A stretch of 32,000 bases of DNA, taken from contig JAZDPV010000002.1 of NCBI GenBank assembly GCA_043797265.1, positions 8,203 through 40,202 of the forward strand, in the 5' to 3' direction. The position numbers and the translations under genes are program-made. How positions within the stretch are numbered: the first letter of the stretch is position 1; every line of letters begins with the position of its first letter. The notes beneath the pieces are model-generated. The model searched no databases. It was not told the origin of the DNA and saw only the letters and a list, made by a program, of their open reading frames with translations. Of the stretch, positions 24,475 to 32,000 are shown piece by piece. The stretch comes from an archaeon (GTDB lineage: Archaea > Nanobdellota > Nanobdellia > Pacearchaeales > GW2011-AR1).

Positions 24475-25026
24475 TCACTCGCCCCCCGCCTCGCTCTCGC
24501 TCACCACATACTCCCTCGCAAAATCATATTCAAACCAAACCGGAAAATTAATTCTGCCACTCTCCGGCGCCCTCAAAAAAATCTTCTTCCCCATCGTGTT
24601 CCTCCTGAAAATCAAATCTCCATTTCTACTAATCACCTCCGAATAAAGATTTTTGTCCAAAAACTCCCGCCCCTCTCTTCGCGCATCGTCCTCAAAATCC
24701 CGCCCGCCAAAAACCAAATCCCTAAAAATAAAATCACTCATCTGCTCGTCGGCAATCACGTCGTCCAAAAATCTGTTTCTAAATTCCAAAATAAATTCAT
24801 CACTCCCAAATTTCCCCTCGACACTTTTAGCCGTAAATTCAACCAGCGCCTTTTCTCTCACCTCAAAAATCTCCAAATCATCCCTCATCTCCAAAACCGC
24901 CCTCGGCGACACAAGCGAACTATCCGCATTACTCTGCTCAACTCCATAAAGCACCCAAACCACCCCGCACATAAACAAAGTCACCAAAACCAAGACCGCC
25001 GCAAAAACCTGCCCCCGATTATTCAC
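24475..25026 (-). CDS. Pilin-like protein (class III signal peptide MNNRGQ-VFAAVLVLVTLFM)
   Basis: The track ORF starts at TTG 25059. GTG at 25026 overlaps the upstream stop (GTGA) and gives a canonical short signal peptide. Confidence 0.6.
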   Translation of the reverse strand: MNNRGQVFAAVLVLVTLFMCGVVWVLYGVEQSNADSSLVSPRAVLEMRDDLEIFEVREKALVEFTAKSVEGKFGSDEFILEFRNRFLDDVIADEQMSDFIFRDLVFGGRDFEDDARREGREFLDKNLYSEVISRNGDLIFRRNTMGKKIFLRAPESGRINFPVWFEYDFAREYVVSESEAGGE

Positions 25027-25301
25027 CTTCCCATCTCCTTCGACAACCAACCTTTCCAATCCCCATTTTTTTCAACCACAATCCTCAACTGCGTCATATT
25101 ATTAAATTGCTTGTCCGCATAATCAAAAACGTCATCCACTCCAATATCAACCTCACCCTGGACGCCAAAACTATCTTCCCTCTGAACAATCTTCTTCACA
25201 ATCCCCGAAGCAACAATCATCACCACTAAAATTATAACAATAACTATCGTCGCCACAAACAACGAAACAAAACTTCCAATAATCCCCTTGCTACTCTTCA
25301 T
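25023..25301 (-). CDS. Pilin-like protein, 92 aa (MKSSKG-IIGSFVSLFVATIVIVIIL)
   Basis: Class III-type N-terminus; overlaps its neighbours. Confidence 0.65.
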   Translation of the reverse strand: MKSSKGIIGSFVSLFVATIVIVIILVVMIVASGIVKKIVQREDSFGVQGEVDIGVDDVFDYADKQFNNMTQLRIVVEKNGDWKGWLSKEMGR

Positions 25302-25785
25302 TCACCAAAACCTCCACTTCGATTTTCCCATAACTCTCAACAAAATCATCTAGGACAATAACATCATAAATCCTGCTTGAATAACCCGGCTCATATTTCA
25401 AAATGTCAACCGAGGCCATCTTCTCGTCAAAAATTCTCCTAACCCACAACGCACCCGAATCTCCCTGTGAAAATTCAGCAACGCCTCTCCCATCGCTACT
25501 CACACTAACCTTGGCATAAAATCTCTCGACCTCATAGTCGCTAAACCCACAATAAGAAAAAATCTCTGCACCTTCGCCAAATAAATCCAAATCAACAACT
25601 CCCAACGGCGCAACGCAATCCACAATATTCCTCGTCATCAAAACCGCCTCCGCGTCCCTCACATCAATATAATGCGCATAAAAAACCGACGACACTCCCA
25701 AAACAATAAACGCAACAAGAGTAACCAACGCCAAACGATACATCATCAAAATCCCCTCGCCCAGAACCCCCTTTTTATTCAGCAT
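25291..25785 (-). CDS. Pilin-like protein, 164 aa (MLNKKG-VLGEGILMMYRLALVTLVAFIVL)
   Basis: Class III-type N-terminus. Shares the MLNKKG start with 27325..27792. Confidence 0.65.
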   Translation of the reverse strand: MLNKKGVLGEGILMMYRLALVTLVAFIVLGVSSVFYAHYIDVRDAEAVLMTRNIVDCVAPLGVVDLDLFGEGAEIFSYCGFSDYEVERFYAKVSVSSDGRGVAEFSQGDSGALWVRRIFDEKMASVDILKYEPGYSSRIYDVIVLDDFVESYGKIEVEVLVNEE

Positions 25786-25800
25786 GCCAACCCCCTAAAA

Positions 25801-25833
25801 AATCCGTGTTGGTCCGTGTTGGTCCGTGTGCCA
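25801..25833. repeat. Triple-decamer repeat element (aatccgtgttggtccgtgttggtccgtgtgcca)
   Basis: Lies between a TATA-like ttatttttaaaa (25834-25845) and the ATG at 25785 of a pilin-like gene. Confidence 0.75.
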
Positions 25834-25926
25834 TTATTTTTAAAATTACAAAGTCGTCCATTAAAAATCGCAAAAAATCCGCCGAACCTAATCCTTCAAT
25901 GCAACCCACATCCTTAACACAAAAAT

Positions 25927-26277
25927 TCATCTCACACTCACCACAAATTTATCATCTTCCTCAGCAACCCGAACATCGTACTTGCTAAAATACGGATACC
26001 CCTCAAACGCGCTCAACCCCGCAACCTCGACAAAAACTTTCCCATTTTCAATTCTAACATCCGAAACAAACCCGTCCAAATTATTTTTCTCAATCTCGAA
26101 ACTCATCCCCGGCACCGCCGCGTCAACCAACAACGCAATCTCTTTTTCCAAAACCTGTTGCTTCACCCCCCGCGCATTTATCTTTCCCGCCGTCACGAAC
26201 AAAAACAACGCCAAAATAATCCCAATCAAAATAAGATGAATAATCACCTGATGCAATAAACTCCCTTTCTTTTTCAT
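25927..26277 (-). CDS. Pilin-like protein, 116 aa (MKKKG-SLLHQVIIHLILIGIILALFLF)
   Basis: Class III-type N-terminus; TAATG overlap with the upstream gene. Confidence 0.65.
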   Translation of the reverse strand: MKKKGSLLHQVIIHLILIGIILALFLFVTAGKINARGVKQQVLEKEIALLVDAAVPGMSFEIEKNNLDGFVSDVRIENGKVFVEVAGLSAFEGYPYFSKYDVRVAEEDDKFVVSVR

Positions 26278-27134
26278 TATGCCGGTATTGTCAAAAATTT
26301 ACATCCAAGAGATTCTATATCATTAGAATAAGCCATAACAATGGATCTCTCCAGTCCATAGGCTTCTATAAAATATTCCTTAGCAGACTCTTTCATCTCT
26401 TTATTGCGAGACAAGTAACCAGCAATAAAAGTAGACCAACTAGCAACATCAATCCACTGCTTAGATGCCCATCCCGCAATACCTTGCTTTTTCTTATGTA
26501 TGGCATAAATAAGTATTTGGTCTTCTTTTTGTGGATACATCTTAACGCCCAAAGGAACAAAAGCAAACCCTGGGTTCTCCTCCAAAAACATCACTACTGG
26601 TAAATATTCATCATAAGTCAAAGACTCTTCGGCAATCTTTGTTTTTTTATAATAATCATAAAAACCCAAATTATATCTCCCTTTACTATCCTCTCCATCT
26701 CTCGTCATTTCATTAAATTCATTTAAGGCATTGTCTGTATAATGAATTCTCGCAAAAGCCATACATACAATATTTTTTTCCCAAAAACTAGGCCCTATAA
26801 AATTAAGCTTTCCCTCTCCAAACATATACCATCCCTCTGCAACAGCCTTAGATATTTTATCATAAACTTCATCTCGATTAGCACTATTAACATTCACAAC
26901 TTCAGTCTTACACTTCAATGGGAAAACACCACCCACATCAAGACCTATCTCTTCTAATTTTTCACTTGACAAACTCGCTCTCACCAAAATACTCTGCCTA
27001 CAAACCTGCCAATCCAACTCGTCCTGATTAAAATATTCATTAAAAATCCAATACAAACCTATCACCAAAACCATCAACCCCAATATCAAAGATGTAATAA
27101 TATAAAACTTCTCCGACCCCTTTCTACTTATCAT
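26277..27134 (-). CDS. Pilin-like protein, about 285 aa (MISRKG-SEKFYIITSLILGLMVLVIGL)
   Basis: The track start at 27143 is TTG; the first ATG is at 27134. Confidence 0.65.
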   Translation of the reverse strand: MISRKGSEKFYIITSLILGLMVLVIGLYWIFNEYFNQDELDWQVCRQSILVRASLSSEKLEEIGLDVGGVFPLKCKTEVVNVNSANRDEVYDKISKAVAEGWYMFGEGKLNFIGPSFWEKNIVCMAFARIHYTDNALNEFNEMTRDGEDSKGRYNLGFYDYYKKTKIAEESLTYDEYLPVVMFLEENPGFAFVPLGVKMYPQKEDQILIYAIHKKKQGIAGWASKQWIDVASWSTFIAGYLSRNKEMKESAKEYFIEAYGLERSIVMAYSNDIESLGCKFLTIPA

Positions 27135-27164
27135 CGAAAACAAAACAAAACAAACTTAATAAAA

Positions 27165-27350
27165 CTAACTCCCCGCCTTAATAATAATCGCTCTCACCGC
27201 AAACCCCACAGCGACGACAATCGCCAAATACAAAATCCATTTTATGACCTCATCCGAAACAATATGCCCACGCTTTCCTGAAATCTGATACCTGAAATCT
27301 GAAGCCTCACGAAGATGTCCTCTCTTAAATTTTATTAATCTCATAAACAT
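27165..27350 (-). CDS. Small pilin-like protein, 61 aa (…SGKRGH-IVSDEVIKWILYLAIVVAVGFAV)
   Basis: ORF track; overlaps the upstream gene by 26 nt; start uncertain. Confidence 0.45.
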   Translation of the reverse strand: MFMRLIKFKRGHLREASDFRYQISGKRGHIVSDEVIKWILYLAIVVAVGFAVRAIIIKAGS

Positions 27351-27792
27351 CTTCCTTTAATTTTATTTCAATCTTGTCAATCGGATTAAGAACCCACGAC
27401 GACGCCCCATCCATCAAAGCCGAACGCCCCAACTCTCCGCAACGCGAACACTCATACTTACCCTTCCGCCCGTAACAAATACAAAACTTATTCACATTAT
27501 TATCAAGACAAAAAAATCTACTTTCAACATTTTTCTTATCCCCAAAATAAACCAAATAAAAATCATTCTTCTCGCTAACTTGCCAAATTGAAAACTCCCC
27601 GACGCTACCAGAATCAGCGACGCCAACCTGCGCCAAAAAACTATCACGATAAGACTCCGCAGTTTTCTCACCGACGTCAAAACTCGGCGAAATCAACTTA
27701 TACAACAAAAACGCCAAAACCAAAACCACAGCCGCCGCCAGCACAATTTCCAAAATTTCTCCCGTCGTCAAATCGCCTTTTTTATTCAACAT
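27325..27792 (-). CDS. Pilin-like protein, 155 aa (MLNKKG-DLTTGEILEIVLAAAVVLVLAFLLY) with a Cys cluster
   Basis: Class III-type N-terminus; FFCLDNNVNKFCICYGRKGKYECSRCG. Confidence 0.65.
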   Translation of the reverse strand: MLNKKGDLTTGEILEIVLAAAVVLVLAFLLYKLISPSFDVGEKTAESYRDSFLAQVGVADSGSVGEFSIWQVSEKNDFYLVYFGDKKNVESRFFCLDNNVNKFCICYGRKGKYECSRCGELGRSALMDGASSWVLNPIDKIEIKLKEDVYEINKI

Positions 27793-28952
27793 TTGTCCTT
27801 TAAAAACTCATAAATTTTATTTAACCTAATCACATCATCAAGTTCCTTGTCAGACATTTTCTCCACTGCATAAAAAAAAGCATTACTCCCATCCGGAGCA
27901 ACAACATCAACACCAACATCATTCAGATAACCCGACATCTTTATCTGAACAATAGCTCTCTTGTTCCCAACCTCATCATTAACAACAACTATCGGAGAAT
28001 TAACCACGCCGACAACATCAACCGAAAACTTGCCCCCCTGCAAATCGTAATCTAATAATTCCTTAAACTCCAAATTCAAACCATCCTCATATTTCTCAAT
28101 CTCTTTCTCTCTTACCTCTTGCATTAAAATCAGCGTCGGATTTTTCTCCCATATCAAATTGGTAAAATCTGTACTATACCAAAAATCATTCCCACTCCTC
28201 CACCCAACCATCAACTTATCAAAATAATTAAACTCTTCCCCATAATCCTCAACCGACTCCCAACCGTCGCCAACGCGGATATCCCACCTCCCCTTCTCGT
28301 CCGAAAAACAATACTCTTCAATATTTTTATCGCCAACCCTGGAACTACATACCTCCCAAGATGCCAAGTCCTCCATCCATCTATACAAATTAGCCCCAAT
28401 TCTAATATAAATCTTAAACTCGGACCTCAACTCTAAAGACATATCCACCCGACTTCTCTTGTGAATATTAAAATATTTTTCATAAGCCCCCTTATACGAT
28501 TTATACAATTGCCCCACAATATTAATTTTATCAACATCTAACCCAACAAAACTCTGATCAAAAGAATGCCATTTCCCATCATCCTTCACCCCACCATCAT
28601 TCATGACGCCACTATCAATATTATATTTAAAACGATTCGAATTCAAATCAGCAAATTTAAAATCATTATCCATCCTAATTTCACAATACCCCTTGCAATA
28701 AATTATCTTACCATCCCCAACCCCCTCGATAAAAACATCACTCTCATCCAAGCATTCCACCCCATCTCCTCCATTATCACCGTCGCCAAACATCAACAAC
28801 ACCTCATTCACCATCCCCTCAACTCTATCCTTCAACGGAATCAACCCACCACTCGAAACTCCATAAACAATCAACACCAACAAAATCACCAACAAGACAA
28901 TCGACATCAACTTCCCAACACTCCACTCAACCGCACCACCCTTCCCTCTCAT
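27786..28952 (-). CDS. Pilin-like protein, 388 aa (MRGKGG-AVEWSVGKLMSIVLLVILLVLIVYG)
   Basis: Class III-type N-terminus; large D/G/W-rich body of no recognised family. Confidence 0.65.
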   Translation of the reverse strand: MRGKGGAVEWSVGKLMSIVLLVILLVLIVYGVSSGGLIPLKDRVEGMVNEVLLMFGDGDNGGDGVECLDESDVFIEGVGDGKIIYCKGYCEIRMDNDFKFADLNSNRFKYNIDSGVMNDGGVKDDGKWHSFDQSFVGLDVDKINIVGQLYKSYKGAYEKYFNIHKRSRVDMSLELRSEFKIYIRIGANLYRWMEDLASWEVCSSRVGDKNIEEYCFSDEKGRWDIRVGDGWESVEDYGEEFNYFDKLMVGWRSGNDFWYSTDFTNLIWEKNPTLILMQEVREKEIEKYEDGLNLEFKELLDYDLQGGKFSVDVVGVVNSPIVVVNDEVGNKRAIVQIKMSGYLNDVGVDVVAPDGSNAFFYAVEKMSDKELDDVIRLNKIYEFLKDKC

Positions 28953-29046
28953 CGCAAAAATAATATTCCAATCTTTATTAAACTTCCCAAAACATCTACT
29001 CTAAAATCTAATCTCTAACATCTAACATCTCGCAATCGCAAAGCGA

Positions 29047-29190
29047 TTAGCGTCCAAACCTCAAAACATTTCTAACAGAATCCAAAATCTGCCCACCCTT
29101 CCCGCTCAACAAAACAATCACCGCCCCGACCATTATCACTAAAACAACAATCACAATAATTATCTTGACAATCTCACTCTCTCCTTCCAT
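29047..29190 (-). CDS. 47-aa single-TM micro-protein
   Basis: Hand translation MEGESEIVKIIIVIVVLVIMVGAVIVLLSGKGGQILDSVRNVLRFGR. Hairpin AATCGC-AAA-GCGATT at its stop. Confidence 0.35.
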   Translation of the reverse strand: MEGESEIVKIIIVIVVLVIMVGAVIVLLSGKGGQILDSVRNVLRFGR

Positions 29191-29224
29191 AGAAATCAAA
29201 TCAAATCAAATTATATAAAACTTC

Positions 29225-29602
29225 CTAACACTTAATCGAAGCACAACTCTCAAACCCCATCCCCTTTATCTGCCCAGCGGAAACCTTTCCATCAACAACA
29301 AAACTATCGCTCGAAAAATTCACACACGTCCCGCTCACCTTCACAACTTTCCCAGCACTATCAAAAAATCTCAACTCTTTATTCTCAAAACAATAAGACG
29401 TCCTCTCTCCCAACGAACAATCCGTCTCACAATCTTTTATTTTATCCTCGACATTCGAACCCGAAACCGAACCCGTCACCTTGCTCCATAAATTACTCCA
29501 CCCCGTGCTAAACCCATAAATCAAAAATATAAGAACAACAATCCCGAGAACAATCGCAATAATCGTCGACAAAGTCATCTGCTGTCCCCTCTTATTTTCC
29601 AT
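29225..29602 (-). CDS. Cys-rich pilin-like protein, 125 aa (MENKRGQ-QMTLSTIIAIVLGIVVLIFLIYG)
   Basis: Class III-type N-terminus; 6 Cys; paralog of 29948..30283. Confidence 0.7.
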   Translation of the reverse strand: MENKRGQQMTLSTIIAIVLGIVVLIFLIYGFSTGWSNLWSKVTGSVSGSNVEDKIKDCETDCSLGERTSYCFENKELRFFDSAGKVVKVSGTCVNFSSDSFVVDGKVSAGQIKGMGFESCASIKC

Positions 29603-29746
29603 CTACGCAACTCCCGTCAGCAACAACATCGCAAGAAAAACTGAAATCGCGCCAGTCACCACCAATAATTTATACTTCCCAAACAAAATCGGCAACAAAT
29701 TTATAACAATAATCGCAATACCGATAATCAAACTTGCCTCTACCAT
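29603..29746 (-). CDS. 47-aa two-TM micro-protein
   Basis: Hand translation MVEASLIIGIAIIVINLLPILFGKYKLLVVTGAISVFLAMLLLTGVA. Its stop abuts the next ATG. Confidence 0.35.
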   Translation of the reverse strand: MVEASLIIGIAIIVINLLPILFGKYKLLVVTGAISVFLAMLLLTGVA

Positions 29747-29913
29747 ACCCCTTTCTCCACAATTAATTTAAATATTTCAAGCATCAATCCCACAGTTGCA
29801 ACAAAACTCCCCAAATTAACCATCCCAAAAGAAATAGCAACCCCGCCACAAATAACAATAAGCCCACAAATAATATTCAACAAATCCAACTGCCCCTTCT
29901 TACCAACTCTCAT
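29740..29913 (-). CDS. Mini pilin-like protein, 57 aa (MRVGKKGQ-LDLLNIICGLIVICGGVAISFG)
   Basis: Hand translation, below the track cutoff; 7-nt overlap with the next ORF. Confidence 0.45.
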   Translation of the reverse strand: MRVGKKGQLDLLNIICGLIVICGGVAISFGMVNLGSFVATVGLMLEIFKLIVEKGVW

Positions 29914-29947
29914 CTTATACTCACATCTCCTTTATTTATAAAACTTC

Positions 29948-30283
29948 CTAACAAACAATCCCGTCGCAACTCATCTCGTTTATTTTCCCCGACGACCAAC
30001 CCTCCACTCGCGCAGCGCCGCAAGTCAACTCCAATTTATCCTTCCCGTTAAGAACAACATCCCTCTCCTCGCAACAATAAGAATAAACCGACTCAGTCGC
30101 AACTAAATTATTACAAGCACTCACAACCACATCCACATTACTCTCACTCTCATAACCCCTGAACCACCTCGACAAAAATCCCGTCTGCGAATTCACAAAA
30201 ATTATCAAAATCGTCAAAACCGCAATCGACAAAATTATCATAATCACCGTCGTCACCGCCATCTCCAAACCTCTTTTATTCAT
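29948..30283 (-). CDS. Cys-rich pilin-like protein, 111 aa (MNKRG-LEMAVTTVIMIILSIAVLTILIIF)
   Basis: The track start at 30289 is TTG; the ATG is at 30283. 6 Cys; paralog of 29225..29602. Confidence 0.7.
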   Translation of the reverse strand: MNKRGLEMAVTTVIMIILSIAVLTILIIFVNSQTGFLSRWFRGYESESNVDVVVSACNNLVATESVYSYCCEERDVVLNGKDKLELTCGAARVEGWSSGKINEMSCDGIVC

Positions 30284-30317
30284 AATCAATTAATAAAACT
30301 AAACTATTTAAATTTCC

Positions 30318-31451
30318 CTATTTCTTCTGCACCTCATAAATCGCGACCACTTCATCCCCGCCCAAAATCCTATCAAACAACATAATATTATCAATCGAGC
30401 CATCCATAAAACTACCACCACTCCAGGAACCAATTAACATACTCTCAATATTCGTAGTGTCCCCAAGAATCGCAAGAGTAGCCTCCCCAGCTTTAACAGA
30501 ATCGACATAATAAACAAAAGCCCCGTTATTATAATCATATTCCAAAATTAAATGATGCCAATTAAAATCAGTTATAACATTAGCAGACGAAGAAGCACTC
30601 ACCGCAGCAGTCCCATCATTAAAATAACAATTAACTCTCTTAGTAGTATTATAAAAATAAAAATCAAAATTACTATCCCCGCTACAGCTACTAAAACACC
30701 TCTTAACAACTATTCTCTGAGACACATCAAGGGTATCAAATTTAACCCACGCAGAAATAGTCAACTTATTATTAAAATCCAAACTCCCATCATCCCCCAC
30801 ACTCACATAATCCCCCGCCCCATCCAAACTCAAAACCCCATCAACCAACTCATCCCCCTCACCATAAATAACCCCGTTATTATCTCCCCAACCATCATCA
30901 GCATCCCCGCTAAAAGTCCAAATCGAAACCAGCCCGTCCGTCGGCACCTCGTAAAAATAATCCCCGCCCAAATCGTAAACGCTCCCCTGAACTTCGCTAA
31001 TGCTTTTCGCCGGCAAATTCGCCGTCGACGTCACCGAGCCCTCTTTCTCCGCCCCATTCTTCCCGACAAAAATCGGCGAAGCAGCGACGCTGTCCGGCAC
31101 CCCGTAACTCGACAAGTCAAAAGCGTAAACTTTCGTCTGCCCCGAATTCGGCGCAACCACCGTCGACGAAACCGAATTCCCGTCGATAGAAAACGAAATC
31201 TTAATCCGCTCCATCACGCCCTCGTCAACTTCCCTCTTCACCTGCACCGTCGCAACCTCCCGCATCGGATCATAAACCGTGTATCCCCCCGACGACAAAA
31301 CGCTCACCCGCCCATCTAAATCCTGAAAATCAAAACTCTCCCGAACCATCGGCAAAATCCCGACCCAAATTATCGCAACCCCCGCGACCGTTATTAAAAT
31401 AATCAGAACAGTCGCGACAATCGCACTAATCCCCTTTTTCATAAAATCCAT
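30318..31451 (-). CDS. Archaeal pilin N-terminal domain fused to a LamG/concanavalin-A-like lectin domain
   Basis: MKKGISAIVATVLIILITVAGVAIIW resembles the archaeal Pilin_N (DUF1628) type. The C-terminus (LSLDGAGDYVSVG...LTISAWVKFD...WHHL...GSIDNIMLFDRIL) fits the LamG_3 pattern. First ATG at 31451, alternative at 31442; the track starts at TTG 31457. Confidence 0.75.
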   Translation of the reverse strand: MDFMKKGISAIVATVLIILITVAGVAIIWVGILPMVRESFDFQDLDGRVSVLSSGGYTVYDPMREVATVQVKREVDEGVMERIKISFSIDGNSVSSTVVAPNSGQTKVYAFDLSSYGVPDSVAASPIFVGKNGAEKEGSVTSTANLPAKSISEVQGSVYDLGGDYFYEVPTDGLVSIWTFSGDADDGWGDNNGVIYGEGDELVDGVLSLDGAGDYVSVGDDGSLDFNNKLTISAWVKFDTLDVSQRIVVKRCFSSCSGDSNFDFYFYNTTKRVNCYFNDGTAAVSASSSANVITDFNWHHLILEYDYNNGAFVYYVDSVKAGEATLAILGDTTNIESMLIGSWSGGSFMDGSIDNIMLFDRILGGDEVVAIYEVQKK

Positions 31452-31485
31452 TACCAATCAAACTATTTAAAATTACTCACAAAAC

Positions 31486-31591
31486 TAATTTTGATTTTCG
31501 ATAGGAAATTTCGCCGTGTAAAAATTTCTGCAGTGTATTCAAATACATAAAGAAATTTTTACCAAGAAATTACCAGCGAAAATTGAAATTA
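31486..31591. repeat. 106-nt palindromic element, copy B
   Basis: See copy A (4619-4724). Its terminal tta is again the stop codon of the upstream reverse-strand gene. Confidence 0.8.
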
Positions 31592-32000
31592 GGTCAAATT
31601 CGCCAACGCAACCGCCCCAATCACCGTCAACACAACAATCGAAACCACCGCAACAATCGTATACAAAACAATCGTCGTCCTCAAATTCCTCCCCGTCTGC
31701 GCCGTCGCCATCAACGGGTCCCGCCCCGCCTTAATCATCACCAGCGTCGAACTCAAAATAAAAACTATCTCGACCAAATAAATCCCGACGATAACCTGCA
31801 GCCAATAAGTCGGAATCATTTTCGTCACATCAAAAATAGAAAGTATCCCAACAATCCCCCCGCTCCCAATCTCAGCCGTATTTCCAAGTTCCCCGCCAGT
31901 CAACATCGCCGACAAGCTCCCAAGAATCGTCGTTATCATTCCCGCCAACCCGACAATAATTCCCGCCAGCAACGGCGCCAAAAAAGTCATGTTCGACTTC
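31589..32000 (-). CDS. Polytopic membrane protein (at least 133 aa, about 4 TM); possibly the C-terminal part of a FlaJ/PilC-type platform protein
   Basis: ORF track. The frame is still open for the 3 codons between the ATG (31990) and the window edge, so the true start may lie outside. The functional guess rests only on context and topology. Confidence 0.45.
   Translation of the reverse strand, partial: KSNMTFLAPLLAGIIVGLAGMITTILGSLSAMLTGGELGNTAEIGSGGIVGILSIFDVTKMIPTYWLQVIVGIYLVEIVFILSSTLVMIKAGRDPLMATAQTGRNLRTTIVLYTIVAVVSIVVLTVIGAVALANLT

Noticed and set aside
26277-26950. Suspected compositional island (recent acquisition) in the 3' two-thirds of pilin-like gene 26277..27134, and similarly in 1824..2285 and 8379..8684.
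   Set aside because: Hand counts of further 60-nt lines gave GC skews of about -0.2 to -0.9 for the pilin-like gene and about -0.4 to -0.6 for the other two. All are within the range of neighbouring reverse-strand genes, so the impression was not supported.

Overview
Archaeal chromosome fragment, AT-rich and tightly packed, with many 1-37 nt gene overlaps. Gene content suggests a small-genome DPANN-like lineage (inference): eL42, eS1, eS27, uS15, aIF2-alpha, Nop10, aEF-1beta, SRP54/FtsY, Bud32, RadA, RPA, GINS, RecJ/Cdc45-like, bacterial-type Adk.

Layout:
- 1-2285: reverse-strand pilin-like and hypothetical genes. The first is missing from the ORF track because it runs off the window.
- 2.7-12.6 kb: forward-strand housekeeping block with translation, SRP and replication genes.
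- 12.7-21.7 kb, reverse strand: udg, a 1556-aa Cys-rich secreted giant protein with a small anchor-like partner, then a co-directional rpa-ydjM-2 small Cys proteins-radA string.
- 22.0-23.2 kb: forward Zn-ribbon/aEF-1beta/HIT-like genes.
- 23.2-32.0 kb: one long reverse-strand operon of about 12 proteins with class III (prepilin-type) signal peptides plus micro-ORFs. It ends in an A24 prepilin peptidase and starts after a polytopic membrane protein.

Four tRNAs are present: Val, Thr, Gln, Arg.

Most notable non-genic signals:
- A strong orientation-independent strand asymmetry. The top strand is A+C rich and G-poor everywhere.
- Several short repeat families: C-GAA-G triloop hairpins, a 106-nt palindromic element in 2 copies, and a 33-35 nt triple-decamer element in 4 copies, one of them in frame inside bud32.
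- Partial duplications of tRNA and gene ends.
- An A10 frameshift in aIF2-alpha.

No rRNA, CRISPR array or recognisable transposase was seen. Coordinates I derived by hand (tRNAs, micro-ORFs, repeats, revised starts) may be off by a few nt.
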